Positions 6,293-14,592 of a stretch of 19,808 nt of DNA are shown here, piece by piece. The DNA lies in the IMG/VR virus record IMGVR_UViG_2617270952_000001; one strand, written 5' to 3'. The notes below the pieces were generated by a model, which searched no databases, was not told the DNA's origin, and saw only the letters and a list, made by a program, of their open reading frames with translations. Source of the stretch: a virus. Lineage: Duplodnaviria > Heunggongvirae > Uroviricota > Caudoviricetes. The translations under genes and the position numbers were made by a program. Each line of letters begins with the position of its first letter. The first letter of the stretch is position 1.

Positions 6293-6318
6293 AACCCGCT
6301 TCGGCGGGGTTTTGTTTT
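6293..6318 (+). terminator. Rho-independent terminator of relB-relE-hokD
   Basis: CCCGC-TTCG-GCGGG followed by GTTTTGTTTTTATTTT. Confidence 0.7.
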
Positions 6319-6440
6319 TATTTTCAACGCGTTTGAAGTTCTGGACGGTGCCGGAATAGAATCAAAAATACTTAAGTAGCGCGCAGGGATAAGAGGGATG
6401 GTCCCTTAAAGGGGAGAGCTAATTATCCGGAAGGATTCTG

Positions 6441-6692
6441 ATGATGAACATCGAAGAACTGCGTAAAATTTTTTGTGAAGATGGCCTCTATGCTGTGTGC
6501 GTTGAAAATGGAAATCTTGTTAGTCATTACCGCATTATGTGTTTGCGAAAGAATGGGGCTGCGTTAATTAATTTTGTGGATGCTCGGGTCACGGACGGAT
6601 TTATCTTGCGCGAAGGTGAGTTTGTCACTTCATTACAGGCATTGAAAGAGATCGGAATAAAAGCTGGCTTTTCTGCTTTTTCAGGAGAATAA
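6441..6692 (+). CDS. rem: Rem (Qin prophage, uncharacterised)
   Basis: The 83-aa MMNIEELRKIFCEDGLYAVCVENGNLVSHYRIMCLRKNG... is recognised as K-12 Rem. Confidence 0.85.
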   Translation: MMNIEELRKIFCEDGLYAVCVENGNLVSHYRIMCLRKNGAALINFVDARVTDGFILREGEFVTSLQALKEIGIKAGFSAFSGE

Positions 6693-6758
6693 ACTCATCT
6701 ACAATCTTGCGCGGGGCTGAACTCCCGCTGAGTAACACCGTGCCACCGGAGAAAACCG

Positions 6759-7158
6759 ATGGCACGCAACGCAAAATATTACAATTCTGATAATTCGCCC
6801 GTTCTTGCCTGCACGCACGGGCGGTATTCTCACGCATTCAAGTCTGAATGGTTCCAGCACCCTCCATGCACTGCAGAACAGGCCGAATGGCTGATTCATT
6901 CTTACCGCAGGCGCGGGTTCGAGGTTAAGAAAGCTCTCAGTCTCGACTATGCCAGCCGACGATCCGCATCATCTGATTGGTCACGGGCAGGGCGGAATGG
7001 GAACAAAAGCACATGATCTCTTTGTGTTGCCTTTGTGCAGAAAGCATCACAACGAGCTGCATACGGATACAGTGGCATTTGAAGATAAGTATGGCTCCCA
7101 ACTGGAGCTGATATTTCGTTTTATCGATCGCGCGCTGGCAATTGGCGTACTGGCGTAA
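6759..7158 (+). pseudogene. ydfU: ydfU-like (DUF968/HNH-like) gene, split over two frames and much shorter than I recall for K-12 ydfU
   Basis: ATG 6759 with a GGAGA SD opens frame 0 (stop 7014-7016). The conserved C-terminal module PADDPHHLIGHGQGGMGTKAHDLFVLPLCRKHHNELH (His-rich HNH-like) is in frame +1 (open 6895..7158). Only about 480 bp lie between rem and quuQ. Confidence 0.5.
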
Positions 7159-7171
7159 GTGGAGAACGAGC

Positions 7172-7924
7172 ATGAACCTTGAAGCCTTACCAAAATATTA
7201 CTCCCCAAAATCTCCAAAATTGAGCGATGACGCTCCAGCGACAGGCACCGGTTGTTTAACAATTACGGATGTAATGGCAGCGCAGGGGATGGTGCAGTCG
7301 AAAGCACCACTTGGGTTGGCCTTATTTCTGGCAAAAGTTGGTGTTCAGGACCCTCAGTTTGCGATTGAAGGCCTGCTAAATTACGCGATGGCACTGGATA
7401 ACCCGACATTGAACAAATTGAGTGAAGAAATCCGGTTACAGATTATTCCTTACCTCGTGAGTTTTGCCTTTGCTGATTACTCCAGGTCTGCGGCAAGTAA
7501 GGCTCGCTGTGAGCATTGTTCAGGTACGGGATTTTATAATGTATTGCGCGAAGTGGTGAAACACTACAGACGCGGGGAATCTGTAATCAAGGAAGAATGG
7601 GTGAAGGAACTATGTCAGCATTGCCATGGTAAGGGCGAAGCCAGCACAGCGTGCAGAGGGTGTAAGGGTAAAGGGATTGTTCTGGATGAAAAAAGAACCC
7701 GGTTTCATGGCGTACCGGTATATAAGATTTGTGGGCGTTGTAATGGAAACCGGTTTAGTCGTTTACCGACCACGCTGGCACGACGTCATGTCCAGAAGCT
7801 GGTACCAGACCTGACCGATTATCAGTGGTATAAGGGGTATGCGGACGTCATTGGTAAACTGGTAACAAAGTGCTGGCAGGAAGAAGCATACGCGGAAGCG
7901 CAATTGAGGAAGGTGACGAGATAA
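7172..7924 (+). CDS. quuQ: Late-gene antiterminator Q (Qin type)
   Basis: The 250-aa MNLEALPKYYSPKSPKLSDDAPATG...AQLRKVTR is recognised as K-12 QuuQ (YdfT). It is followed by a late promoter and terminator. Confidence 0.9.
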   Translation: MNLEALPKYYSPKSPKLSDDAPATGTGCLTITDVMAAQGMVQSKAPLGLALFLAKVGVQDPQFAIEGLLNYAMALDNPTLNKLSEEIRLQIIPYLVSFAFADYSRSAASKARCEHCSGTGFYNVLREVVKHYRRGESVIKEEWVKELCQHCHGKGEASTACRGCKGKGIVLDEKRTRFHGVPVYKICGRCNGNRFSRLPTTLARRHVQKLVPDLTDYQWYKGYADVIGKLVTKCWQEEAYAEAQLRKVTR

Positions 7925-7955
7925 ATGATTTTTGCTGAAGATGGCGACATGATGT

Positions 7956-7984
7956 TTGCATTTTTCAAAAAATATGGATAAAAT
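7956..7984 (+). promoter_or_regulatory. pR'-like late promoter
   Basis: TTGCAT (7956-7961), a 17-nt spacer, then TAAAAT (7979-7984), located 30 nt after the Q stop. Confidence 0.65.
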
Positions 7985-8029
7985 TTTTTCAACGATGGGC
8001 TTTGTATACCCGACGTTAAGAAAAAGTAG

Positions 8030-8060
8030 AAAACCCGCTGATGAGCGGGTTTTGTGCTTT
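8030..8060 (+). terminator. tR'-like intrinsic terminator (target of Q antitermination)
   Basis: AAACCCGC-TGATGA-GCGGGTTT followed by TGTGCTTT, about 65 nt downstream of the predicted start. Confidence 0.7.
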
Positions 8061-8345
8061 AAATGGGGCAATGGTAATGTTGAATCTCATCCCGGGACTC
8101 ATGTCTGTTAACTTATTATTTAGCTGGTGACTTGGTTATTTGCCTGATGTTTAAAATGTTTTCTTCCAGTACAATGTCCCTAAACACAATGAGTCTGCTT
8201 ATTATATTATTAGCAGAGCTATTACGGCCAAAGTACAGCATAAGCTTTTAAAGCCAATCAACCAGTCATCAAGACAGACGGGGTTATTCATAAAAACTCT
8301 CCATGTGTGATCCGATGGGGCCTGAAATTAAAGCTTTAATATAGC

Positions 8346-8558
8346 TCATGAAAGGTAAACATTGGCAGCTGAAGGGCCACGCAGACCATTTATCCGGCAA
8401 AATTCCACGCGTAATCCGGTGGTAATTTCTTCTGCATCGCGGAGATTGAGCGCTGAAACATGAAGCTGGACATCGATACGACCATCGGATGGGGTGATAA
8501 GACCCTTGCCGCTTTTGCCGTCAAAGGTTTTGACAATTCCTGTCATTTTACGGGACAA
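8346..8558 (-). CDS. cspF: CspF, CspA-family protein
   Basis: The 70-aa [45 protein letters not shown]... is recognised as K-12 CspF. Confidence 0.9.
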
Positions 8559-8662
8559 AAAAATTCCTTAATACTGATAACTTGGCGCACTATACACACG
8601 TTCCTGAAGAAAGCTATAGTTTTTTGATGGGGTTGAAGATGGCTGGATGTCTAAAATAAACA

Positions 8663-8716
8663 TTGCTTCATATGTTCAACTATGCGTTAATGATTGCGTC
8701 GGTTTGAAGAACAGAC
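8663..8716 (+). promoter_or_regulatory. cspB promoter and cold-box at the start of a long 5' UTR
   Basis: TTGCTT (8663-8668), a 17-nt spacer, then GTTAAT (8686-8691), then GGTTTGAAGAACAGAC (8701-8716). This parallels the cspA GGTTTGACGTACAGAC cold box. GCCGAAAGGC (8830-8839) lies upstream of the SD, as in cspA. Confidence 0.6.
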
Positions 8717-8858
8717 GATATACGAAGTAGTTTACTAAAGCAGTTCTCATTTCAGGTGTTATTCACTTATTCCTTCTTTGAGTCTCTCCAATTAAGTACG
8801 AAGTCGTTTCTGTTATGCAAACCATTTATGCCGAAAGGCTCAAGTTAAGGAATGTAGA

Positions 8859-9074
8859 ATGTCAAATAAAATGACTGGTTTAGTAAAATGGTTTAACGCT
8901 GATAAAGGTTTCGGCTTTATTTCTCCTGTTGATGGTAGTAAAGATGTGTTTGTGCATTTTTCTGCGATTCAGAATGATAATTATCGAACCTTATTTGAAG
9001 GTCAAAAGGTTACCTTCTCTATAGAGAGTGGTGCTAAAGGTCCTGCAGCAGCAAATGTCATCATTACTGATTAA
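8859..9074 (+). CDS. cspB: CspB cold-shock protein
   Basis: The 71-aa [38 protein letters not shown]... carries RNP1/RNP2 motifs and is recognised as K-12 CspB. Confidence 0.95.
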   Translation: MSNKMTGLVKWFNADKGFGFISPVDGSKDVFVHFSAIQNDNYRTLFEGQKVTFSIESGAKGPAAANVIITD

Positions 9075-9185
9075 AATTCATCGCTCGTCTGTATACGATA
9101 ACGAAGAAGGCTGATGCCTGAGTAGAGATACGGACAGAGTAGTGAATATTGGATCTCTTTAATAAAAAGTAAGGAGGTCCAATAC

Positions 9186-9221
9186 ATGAAACAATGGCTA
9201 GCATATTTGGCAAAATCTTAA
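9186..9221 (+). CDS. Candidate 11-codon mini-ORF (MKQWLAYLAKS) behind a perfect SD
   Basis: AAGGAGG (9171-9177) lies 8 nt before ATG 9186. I recognise no homolog, so this is speculative. Confidence 0.25.
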   Translation: MKQWLAYLAKS

Positions 9222-9355
9222 TCAGGAAAAGTATGCTAACCATTGTGGTGAAGTGCAGGTTTGCTGCATGAATAGTTTTACAGCAGAAGCTAACTGCTGG
9301 CATGGCAAAACAAAGTGCGTAAGTGGATGACTCCCACAAAAAGCACCACAATCTC

Positions 9356-9379
9356 AAACCCGCTCAGGCGGGTTTTTTA
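9356..9379 (+). terminator. Rho-independent terminator
   Basis: AAACCCGC-TCAG-GCGGGTTT followed by TTTATT. Confidence 0.7.
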
Positions 9380-9437
9380 TTATCTGCTTTAAATATATTA
9401 TTAAAATATAAAAAATACTTGTTACTAATAAAATCAA

Positions 9438-9608
9438 TCAGGCTACAGCTTTAAGATTTGTCTGGAATACTTTGTTGCAATGAGGGCAGATCAAAAGGGC
9501 ACCTTTTTGTACTCTTGAAAAACTGTGTTCTGACTCTTGGGTGCAGTTTGGGCAGGAACATTTAACGAGATAATTACGGCGTGATTTTGAGTTTTTACGT
9601 TCTGACAT
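9438..9608 (-). CDS. ynfU: Small zinc-ribbon protein (56 aa), YnfU-like
   Basis: ATG 9608 sits behind an AGGA SD. The protein MSERKNSKSRRNYLVKCSCPNCTQESEHSFSRVQKGALLICPHCNKVFQTNLKAVA has CxxC...CxxC. The name is from memory of K-12 small-protein annotation. Confidence 0.6.
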   Translation of the reverse strand: MSERKNSKSRRNYLVKCSCPNCTQESEHSFSRVQKGALLICPHCNKVFQTNLKAVA

Positions 9609-9827
9609 AGGCTTTTCCTGTATAAATGGCCGTATACAGTACACTAAATATGAAAACATTTCTCGTATTATTATTTTATATATGACTTTCTTTCAAAATA
9701 ATTACCCACATTTTTAATGTGTATGTTTTTTTAGCGCCGTTGAGAACAACGTGTGCTGTCAAAACTACCCCGTAGACTCCGATCTTTTCAAACATATTGC
9801 ACCATCCGTGTACATCGGGGTGAGGAT

Positions 9828-10043
9828 ATGAAATCAATGGATAAGTTAACAACAGGTGTTGCCTATGGCACATCGGCGGGTAATGCTGGTTTCTGGGCAT
9901 TGCAGTTACTCGATAAAGTAACTCCGTCACAGTGGGCTGCAATCGGTGTGCTGGGTAGCCTGGTTTTTGGCCTGCTGACGTATCTGACAAATCTTTATTT
10001 CAAGATTAAAGAAGACAGGCGTAAGGCTGCGAGAGGAGAGTAA
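9828..10043 (+). CDS. essQ: Phage-21-type pinholin with dual start (MKSMDK)
   Basis: The 71-aa [71 protein letters not shown] is close to S21 as I recall it. It has two TM segments and Met1/Met4 starts. Confidence 0.9.
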   Translation: MKSMDKLTTGVAYGTSAGNAGFWALQLLDKVTPSQWAAIGVLGSLVFGLLTYLTNLYFKIKEDRRKAARGE

Positions 10044-10047
10044 TCCA

Positions 10048-10355
10048 ATGACTCAAGACTATGAACTGGTTGTGAAAGGAGTCCGTAATTTTGAGAATAA
10101 AGTTACGGTAACTGTAGCCTTACAGGACAAAGAACGCTTTGACGGTGAAATTTTTGACCTGGATGTCGCCATGGACCGTGTTGAAGGAGCTGCGCTGGAG
10201 TTTTATGAGGCAGCAGCCAGAAGGAGCGTCCGGCAAGTCTTCCTGGAAGTAGCAGAAAAATTGTCAGAAAAAGTTGAGTCTTATCTGCAGCATCAGTACT
10301 CCTTTAAGATTGAAAATCCTGCCAATAAGCACGAGCGTCCTCATCATAAATATCT

Positions 10356-10359
<4 letters not shown>
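10048..10359 (+). CDS. ydfR: YdfR (DUF1327)
   Basis: The 103-aa ORF lies between the holin and endolysin genes. Its stop overlaps the rrrQ start (ATGA). Confidence 0.8.
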
Positions 10360-11383
<1,024 letters not shown>

Positions 11384-11565
11384 GGTAATATTAAATCGGA
11401 ACATTTACATCGCGGAATGTAAAATTTAAATAAAAAGGACTCTTCCATGAGCCAAAATTCCTGAAATCTTAAGGGTAAGATAAAAGGTCTTAATCAGAAT
11501 GACACGTTTTATTAATAAATAAAGCTATTCTTTCATTGCTGTGTTTTTCTTTACAAAAGTAATCC

Positions 11566-11616
11566 TTGCTATGGGTGGTTAATCATGCGTTAATGGTGTT
11601 CTGGTTTGTTACAAAT
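11566..11616 (+). promoter_or_regulatory. cspI promoter and cold-box-like element
   Basis: TTGCTA (11566-11571), a 17-nt spacer, then GTTAAT (11589-11594), then GGTTTGTTACAAAT (11603-11616). This is the same architecture as upstream of cspB. Confidence 0.55.
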
Positions 11617-11745
11617 TTATCTGAAGCAGTCATTGTTATAATTTTATTATTTGTACCTCTTGAGATTTCCTTGTTGGTTTTTCTCTCTGATATTTTTTTT
11701 CGGACCATTCTGCCCAAGGGCTAATTTCTTCAAAAGGTAATAATT

Positions 11746-11958
11746 ATGTCTAACAAAATGACTGGTTTAGTGAAATGGTTTAACCCTGAAAAAGGTTTTG
11801 GTTTCATCACGCCGAAAGATGGCAGCAAAGATGTGTTTGTCCATTTCTCAGCAATTCAGAGCAACGATTTCAAAACATTAACTGAGAATCAGGAAGTTGA
11901 ATTTGGTATTGAGAACGGACCTAAAGGTCCTGCCGCTGTTCATGTAGTGGCGCTTTGA
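11746..11958 (+). CDS. cspI: CspI cold-shock protein
   Basis: The 70-aa [45 protein letters not shown]... is recognised as K-12 CspI. Confidence 0.95.
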   Translation: MSNKMTGLVKWFNPEKGFGFITPKDGSKDVFVHFSAIQSNDFKTLTENQEVEFGIENGPKGPAAVHVVAL

Positions 11959-11968
11959 GGTAGACAAT

Positions 11969-12157
11969 ATTACAAACCATATTCACTTTAGATGCCCGTG
12001 TTGTCATGGTTCCCAGTATAGAACATCATCTTTTGATGTTTCTGACATGAATCCTTTCGGGGCAAAATGTATCTTTTGTAAATCAATGATGATTACATTT
12101 GATAATATTTCACAATACTTAAATGCCAGCCGTCTGTCGTTGGATTTAAAAAAGTGA
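11969..12157 (+). CDS. Zinc-ribbon small protein ORF lacking a canonical start (possible ATT start or start-loss pseudogene)
   Basis: The frame is open from 11948 and reads (I)TNHIHFRCPCCHGSQYRTSSFDVSDMNPFGAKCIFCKSMMITFDNISQYLNASRLSLDLKK* (TGA 12155-12157). CxxC...CxxC is present. GAGG (11957-11960) lies 8 nt before ATT 11969, and the first ATG is codon 25 counting from ATT 11969, downstream of the first CxxC. A terminator follows. Confidence 0.4.
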   Translation: MTNHIHFRCPCCHGSQYRTSSFDVSDMNPFGAKCIFCKSMMITFDNISQYLNASRLSLDLKK

Positions 12158-12162
12158 AAATG

Positions 12163-12186
12163 AAGGCTCCTTCGGGAGCTTTTTTG
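12163..12186 (+). terminator. Rho-independent terminator
   Basis: AAGGCTCC-TTCG-GGAGCTT followed by TTTTG. Confidence 0.7.
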
Positions 12187-12229
12187 CTTGGTGTCTATTC
12201 GATGGATACTCACATACTACGGTAACATC

Positions 12230-12460
12230 ATGAAAAAAATCATAGTTTTTTTTAACTCTGAACCAGCAGTGGTAGTGCCAGCGATGACTGGAGTTAACAC
12301 CATCATGCGTGAATATCCAAATGGCGAAAAAACACACCTTACTGTAATGGCCGCAGGGTTTCCATCTCTGACCGGAGATCATAAAGTCATTTATGTAGCC
12401 GCGGATCGACATGTTACTTCAGAAGAAATTCTGGAAGCAGCAATAAGGCTCTTGAGTTGA
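12230..12460 (+). CDS. Hypothetical protein (76 aa)
   Basis: ATG 12230 opens MKKIIVFFNSEPAVVVPAMTGVNTIMREYPNGEKTHLTVMAAGFPSLTGDHKVIYVAADRHVTSEEILEAAIRLLS. The SD is weak and I did not recognise the family. Confidence 0.45.
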   Translation: MKKIIVFFNSEPAVVVPAMTGVNTIMREYPNGEKTHLTVMAAGFPSLTGDHKVIYVAADRHVTSEEILEAAIRLLS

Positions 12461-12631
12461 TTTGATGCTATTGCATTGATAATTCAGGAAAATTCTCTTT
12501 GTCTGTTTGTGTAAAATTTAGACTATCGTATGTTGATTATTGCGATGTTTCATCTTATCTTTTACACGTTTGCACCATATAATCGACTTACTGTGTAACT
12601 GGAAAGTCATAACAGACTAAAAGAGGAAATG

Positions 12632-12805
12632 ATGAATATTGAAAACTTAAAAACAAAAGCAGAAGCAGATATTTCTGAATATATAACAAAAAAAATTATT
12701 GAACTTAAGAAAAAGACCGGGAAAGAAGTTACCAGTATTCAGTTTACCGCACGGGAAAAAATGACGGGTCTTGAAAGCTATGATGTCAAGATTAATTTAA
12801 TCTGA
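12632..12805 (+). CDS. gnsB: Gns-family protein (GnsA/GnsB-like)
   Basis: MNIENLKTKAEADISEYITKKIIELKKKTGKEVTSIQFTAREKMTGLESYDVKINLI has the conserved FTAREKMTGLESYDVKI core. An AAGAGGAAA SD is present. There are tandem ATGs at 12629 and 12632. The sequence diverges from my recollection of K-12 GnsB. Confidence 0.7.
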   Translation: MNIENLKTKAEADISEYITKKIIELKKKTGKEVTSIQFTAREKMTGLESYDVKINLI

Positions 12806-12956
12806 TGTATTCAATAATAAAATTTATCCATAAACCTCGTTTTTACGGGGTTTTGTTATATTTGAATGGTTCCGAATATCTAAATCACAATTGTTGATGG
12901 TTTTTATTAAACCAATGCAGTCCGGCTCAGGAGTGAGAGAAGCCGGACGTTATGGT

Positions 12957-13367
12957 TTAGCGTGGTAAGATCTGTGTAGTTTTCTGGATGCTTTCAGTAA
13001 ATAGTAATGAATTATCAAAGGTATAGTAATATCTTTTTTGTTCGTGGATATTTGTAACCCACCGAAAAACTCCTGCTTTAGCAAGGTTTCTTCTGTATTC
13101 CTGAAATGTGATCTCTCTGGATTTCAGCTTATTAGAGGTCGTTTCTATAAGATGCCTATCCTTTGAAAATTTGACAGACACAATGTTTTTTAGGCCCTTT
13201 AATAACACTGTATTATCATTTTTTAATACAATATGAACATTCTCTGTGGCTAAATAGTAAATGTAATGTGAGACATTGTGACGTTTTAGCTCAGAATAAA
13301 ACCATTGATAGTTTAAATCGTTTCGAACTTTATCAAATATTTGTTTAAAAATGACTACCTGATCCAT
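12957..13367 (-). CDS. ydfO: YdfO (DUF1398)
   Basis: The 136-aa [45 protein letters not shown]... is recognised as K-12 YdfO. Confidence 0.85.
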
Positions 13368-13424
13368 AGATAAACCTTCCATGTGATATGAGGGGGCGTA
13401 GTCTGCACGATTATCTAAATTGCT

Positions 13425-13658
13425 TCAATCTGGTCTGACCTGTTTTCTGAGCAATTCAGTAATGTCACTCTTTTCTTTGTTTGCTTCAGAAGAAACTCTT
13501 TTTTCTGAGCACAGTCTCCGGCGGCAGGCTTCAATGACCCAGGCTGAGAAATTCCCGGACCCTTTTTGCTCAAGAGCGATGTTAATTTGTTCAATCATTT
13601 GGTTAGGAAAGCGGATGTTGCGGGTTGTTGTTCTGCGGGTTCTGTTCTTCGTTGACAT
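13425..13658 (-). CDS. ynfO: YnfO (homolog of the small ORF at the right end of lambda)
   Basis: 77 aa, MSTKNRTRRTTTRNIRFPNQMIEQINIALEQKGSGNFSAWVIEACRRRL.... The flanking DNA matches the lambda right arm end as I recall it. Confidence 0.75.
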   Translation of the reverse strand: MSTKNRTRRTTTRNIRFPNQMIEQINIALEQKGSGNFSAWVIEACRRRLCSEKRVSSEANKEKSDITELLRKQVRPD

Positions 13659-13857
13659 GAGGTTGCCCCGTATTCAGTGTCGCTGATTTGTATTGTCTGA
13701 AGTTGTTTTTACGTTAAGTTGATGCAGATCAATTAATACGATACCTGCGTCATAATTGATTATTTGACGTGGTTTGATGGCCTCCACGCACGTTGTGATA
13801 TGTAGATGATAATCATTATCACTTTACGGGTCCTTTCCGGTGATCCGACAGGTTACG

Positions 13858-13869
13858 GGGCGGCGACCT
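13858..13869 (+). other. cosN, the 12-nt lambda cohesive-end sequence
   Basis: GGGCGGCGACCT is preceded by ...TCCGACAGGTTACG and followed by CGCGGGTTTTCGCTATTTATG. This is the joined lambda right and left ends. Confidence 0.9.
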
Positions 13870-13904
13870 CGCGGGTTTTCGCTATTTATGAAAATTTTCC
13901 GGTT

Positions 13905-14030
13905 TAAGGTGTTTCCGTTCTTCTTCGTCGTAACTTAATGTTTTTATTTAAAATACCCCCTGAAAAGAAAGGAAACGACAGGTGCTGAAAGCGGGCTTTT
14001 TGGCCTTTGTCGTTTCCTTTCTCTGTTTTT
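13905..14030 (+). promoter_or_regulatory. cosB terminase (Nu1) binding region with R3, R2 and R1 repeats
   Basis: GTTTCCGTTCTTCTTCG (about 13911-13927), GAAAGGAAACGACAG (inverted, about 13967-13981) and TGTCGTTTCCTTTCTC (about 14008-14023) are present, as in lambda. Confidence 0.75.
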
Positions 14031-14046
14031 GTCCGTGGAATGAACA

Positions 14047-14592
14047 ATGGAAGTCAACAAAAAGCAGCTGGCTGACATTTTCGGTGCGAGTATCCGTACC
14101 ATTCAGAACTGGCAGGAACAGGGAATGCCCGTTCTGCGAGGCGGTGGCAAGGGTAATGAGGTGCTTTATGATTCTGCCGCCGTCATAAAATGGTATGCCG
14201 AAAGGGATGCTGAAATTGAGAACGAAAAGCTGCGCCGGGAAGTTGAAGAACTGCGGCAGGCCAGCGAGACAGATCTCCAGCCAGGGACTATTGAGTACGA
14301 ACGCCATCGACTTACGCGTGCGCAGGCCGACGCACAGGAGCTGAAAAATGCCAGAGACTCCGCTGAAGTGGTGGAAACCGCATTCTGTACTTTCGTGCTG
14401 TCGCGGATCGCAGGTGAAATTGCCAGTATTCTCGACGGGATCCCCCTGTCGGTGCAGCGGCGTTTTCCGGAACTGGAAAACCGACATGTTGATTTCCTGA
14501 AACGGGATATCATCAAAGCCATGAACAAAGCAGCCGCGCTGGATGAACTGATACCGGGGTTGCTGAGTGAATATATCGAACAGTCAGGTTAA
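14047..14592 (+). CDS. nu1: Terminase small subunit Nu1 (NohA/NohQ equivalent), full length
   Basis: The 181-aa MEVNKKQLADIFGASIRTIQNWQEQGMPVLRGGGKGNEVLYDSAAVIKWYAERD... is near-identical to lambda Nu1 from memory. Confidence 0.95.
   Translation: MEVNKKQLADIFGASIRTIQNWQEQGMPVLRGGGKGNEVLYDSAAVIKWYAERDAEIENEKLRREVEELRQASETDLQPGTIEYERHRLTRAQADAQELKNARDSAEVVETAFCTFVLSRIAGEIASILDGIPLSVQRRFPELENRHVDFLKRDIIKAMNKAAALDELIPGLLSEYIEQSG

Noticed and set aside
7626-7814. A 62-aa alternative-frame ORF inside quuQ, the 102-aa minus-strand ORF 7763..8071, and the N-terminal extension of quuQ from 7142.
   Set aside because: The quuQ frame is well supported. The extension from 7142 overlaps the ydfU-like gene end and lacks an SD, and the K-12 protein begins MNLEALPKYY at 7172.
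9064-9357. A 97-aa minus-strand ORF between cspB and ynfU.
   Set aside because: The translation is Cys/Phe-rich, there is no SD, and the ORF reads into the 3' end of cspB. Plus-strand SD, mini-ORF and terminator signals fit the region better.
6293-9379. Three similar hairpins, AAACCCGC-loop-GCGGGTTTT, at 6293, 8031 and 9356. I considered them as a dispersed repeat family.
   Set aside because: Only the ~8-bp GC-rich stem is shared, and the loops and flanks differ. They are ordinary intrinsic terminators at the ends of transcription units.
12004-12412. Minus-strand ORFs 12004..12213 and 12146..12412.
   Set aside because: They run through a plus-strand terminator. They oppose the zinc-ribbon ORF and the 12230..12460 ORF, which have better sequence features.
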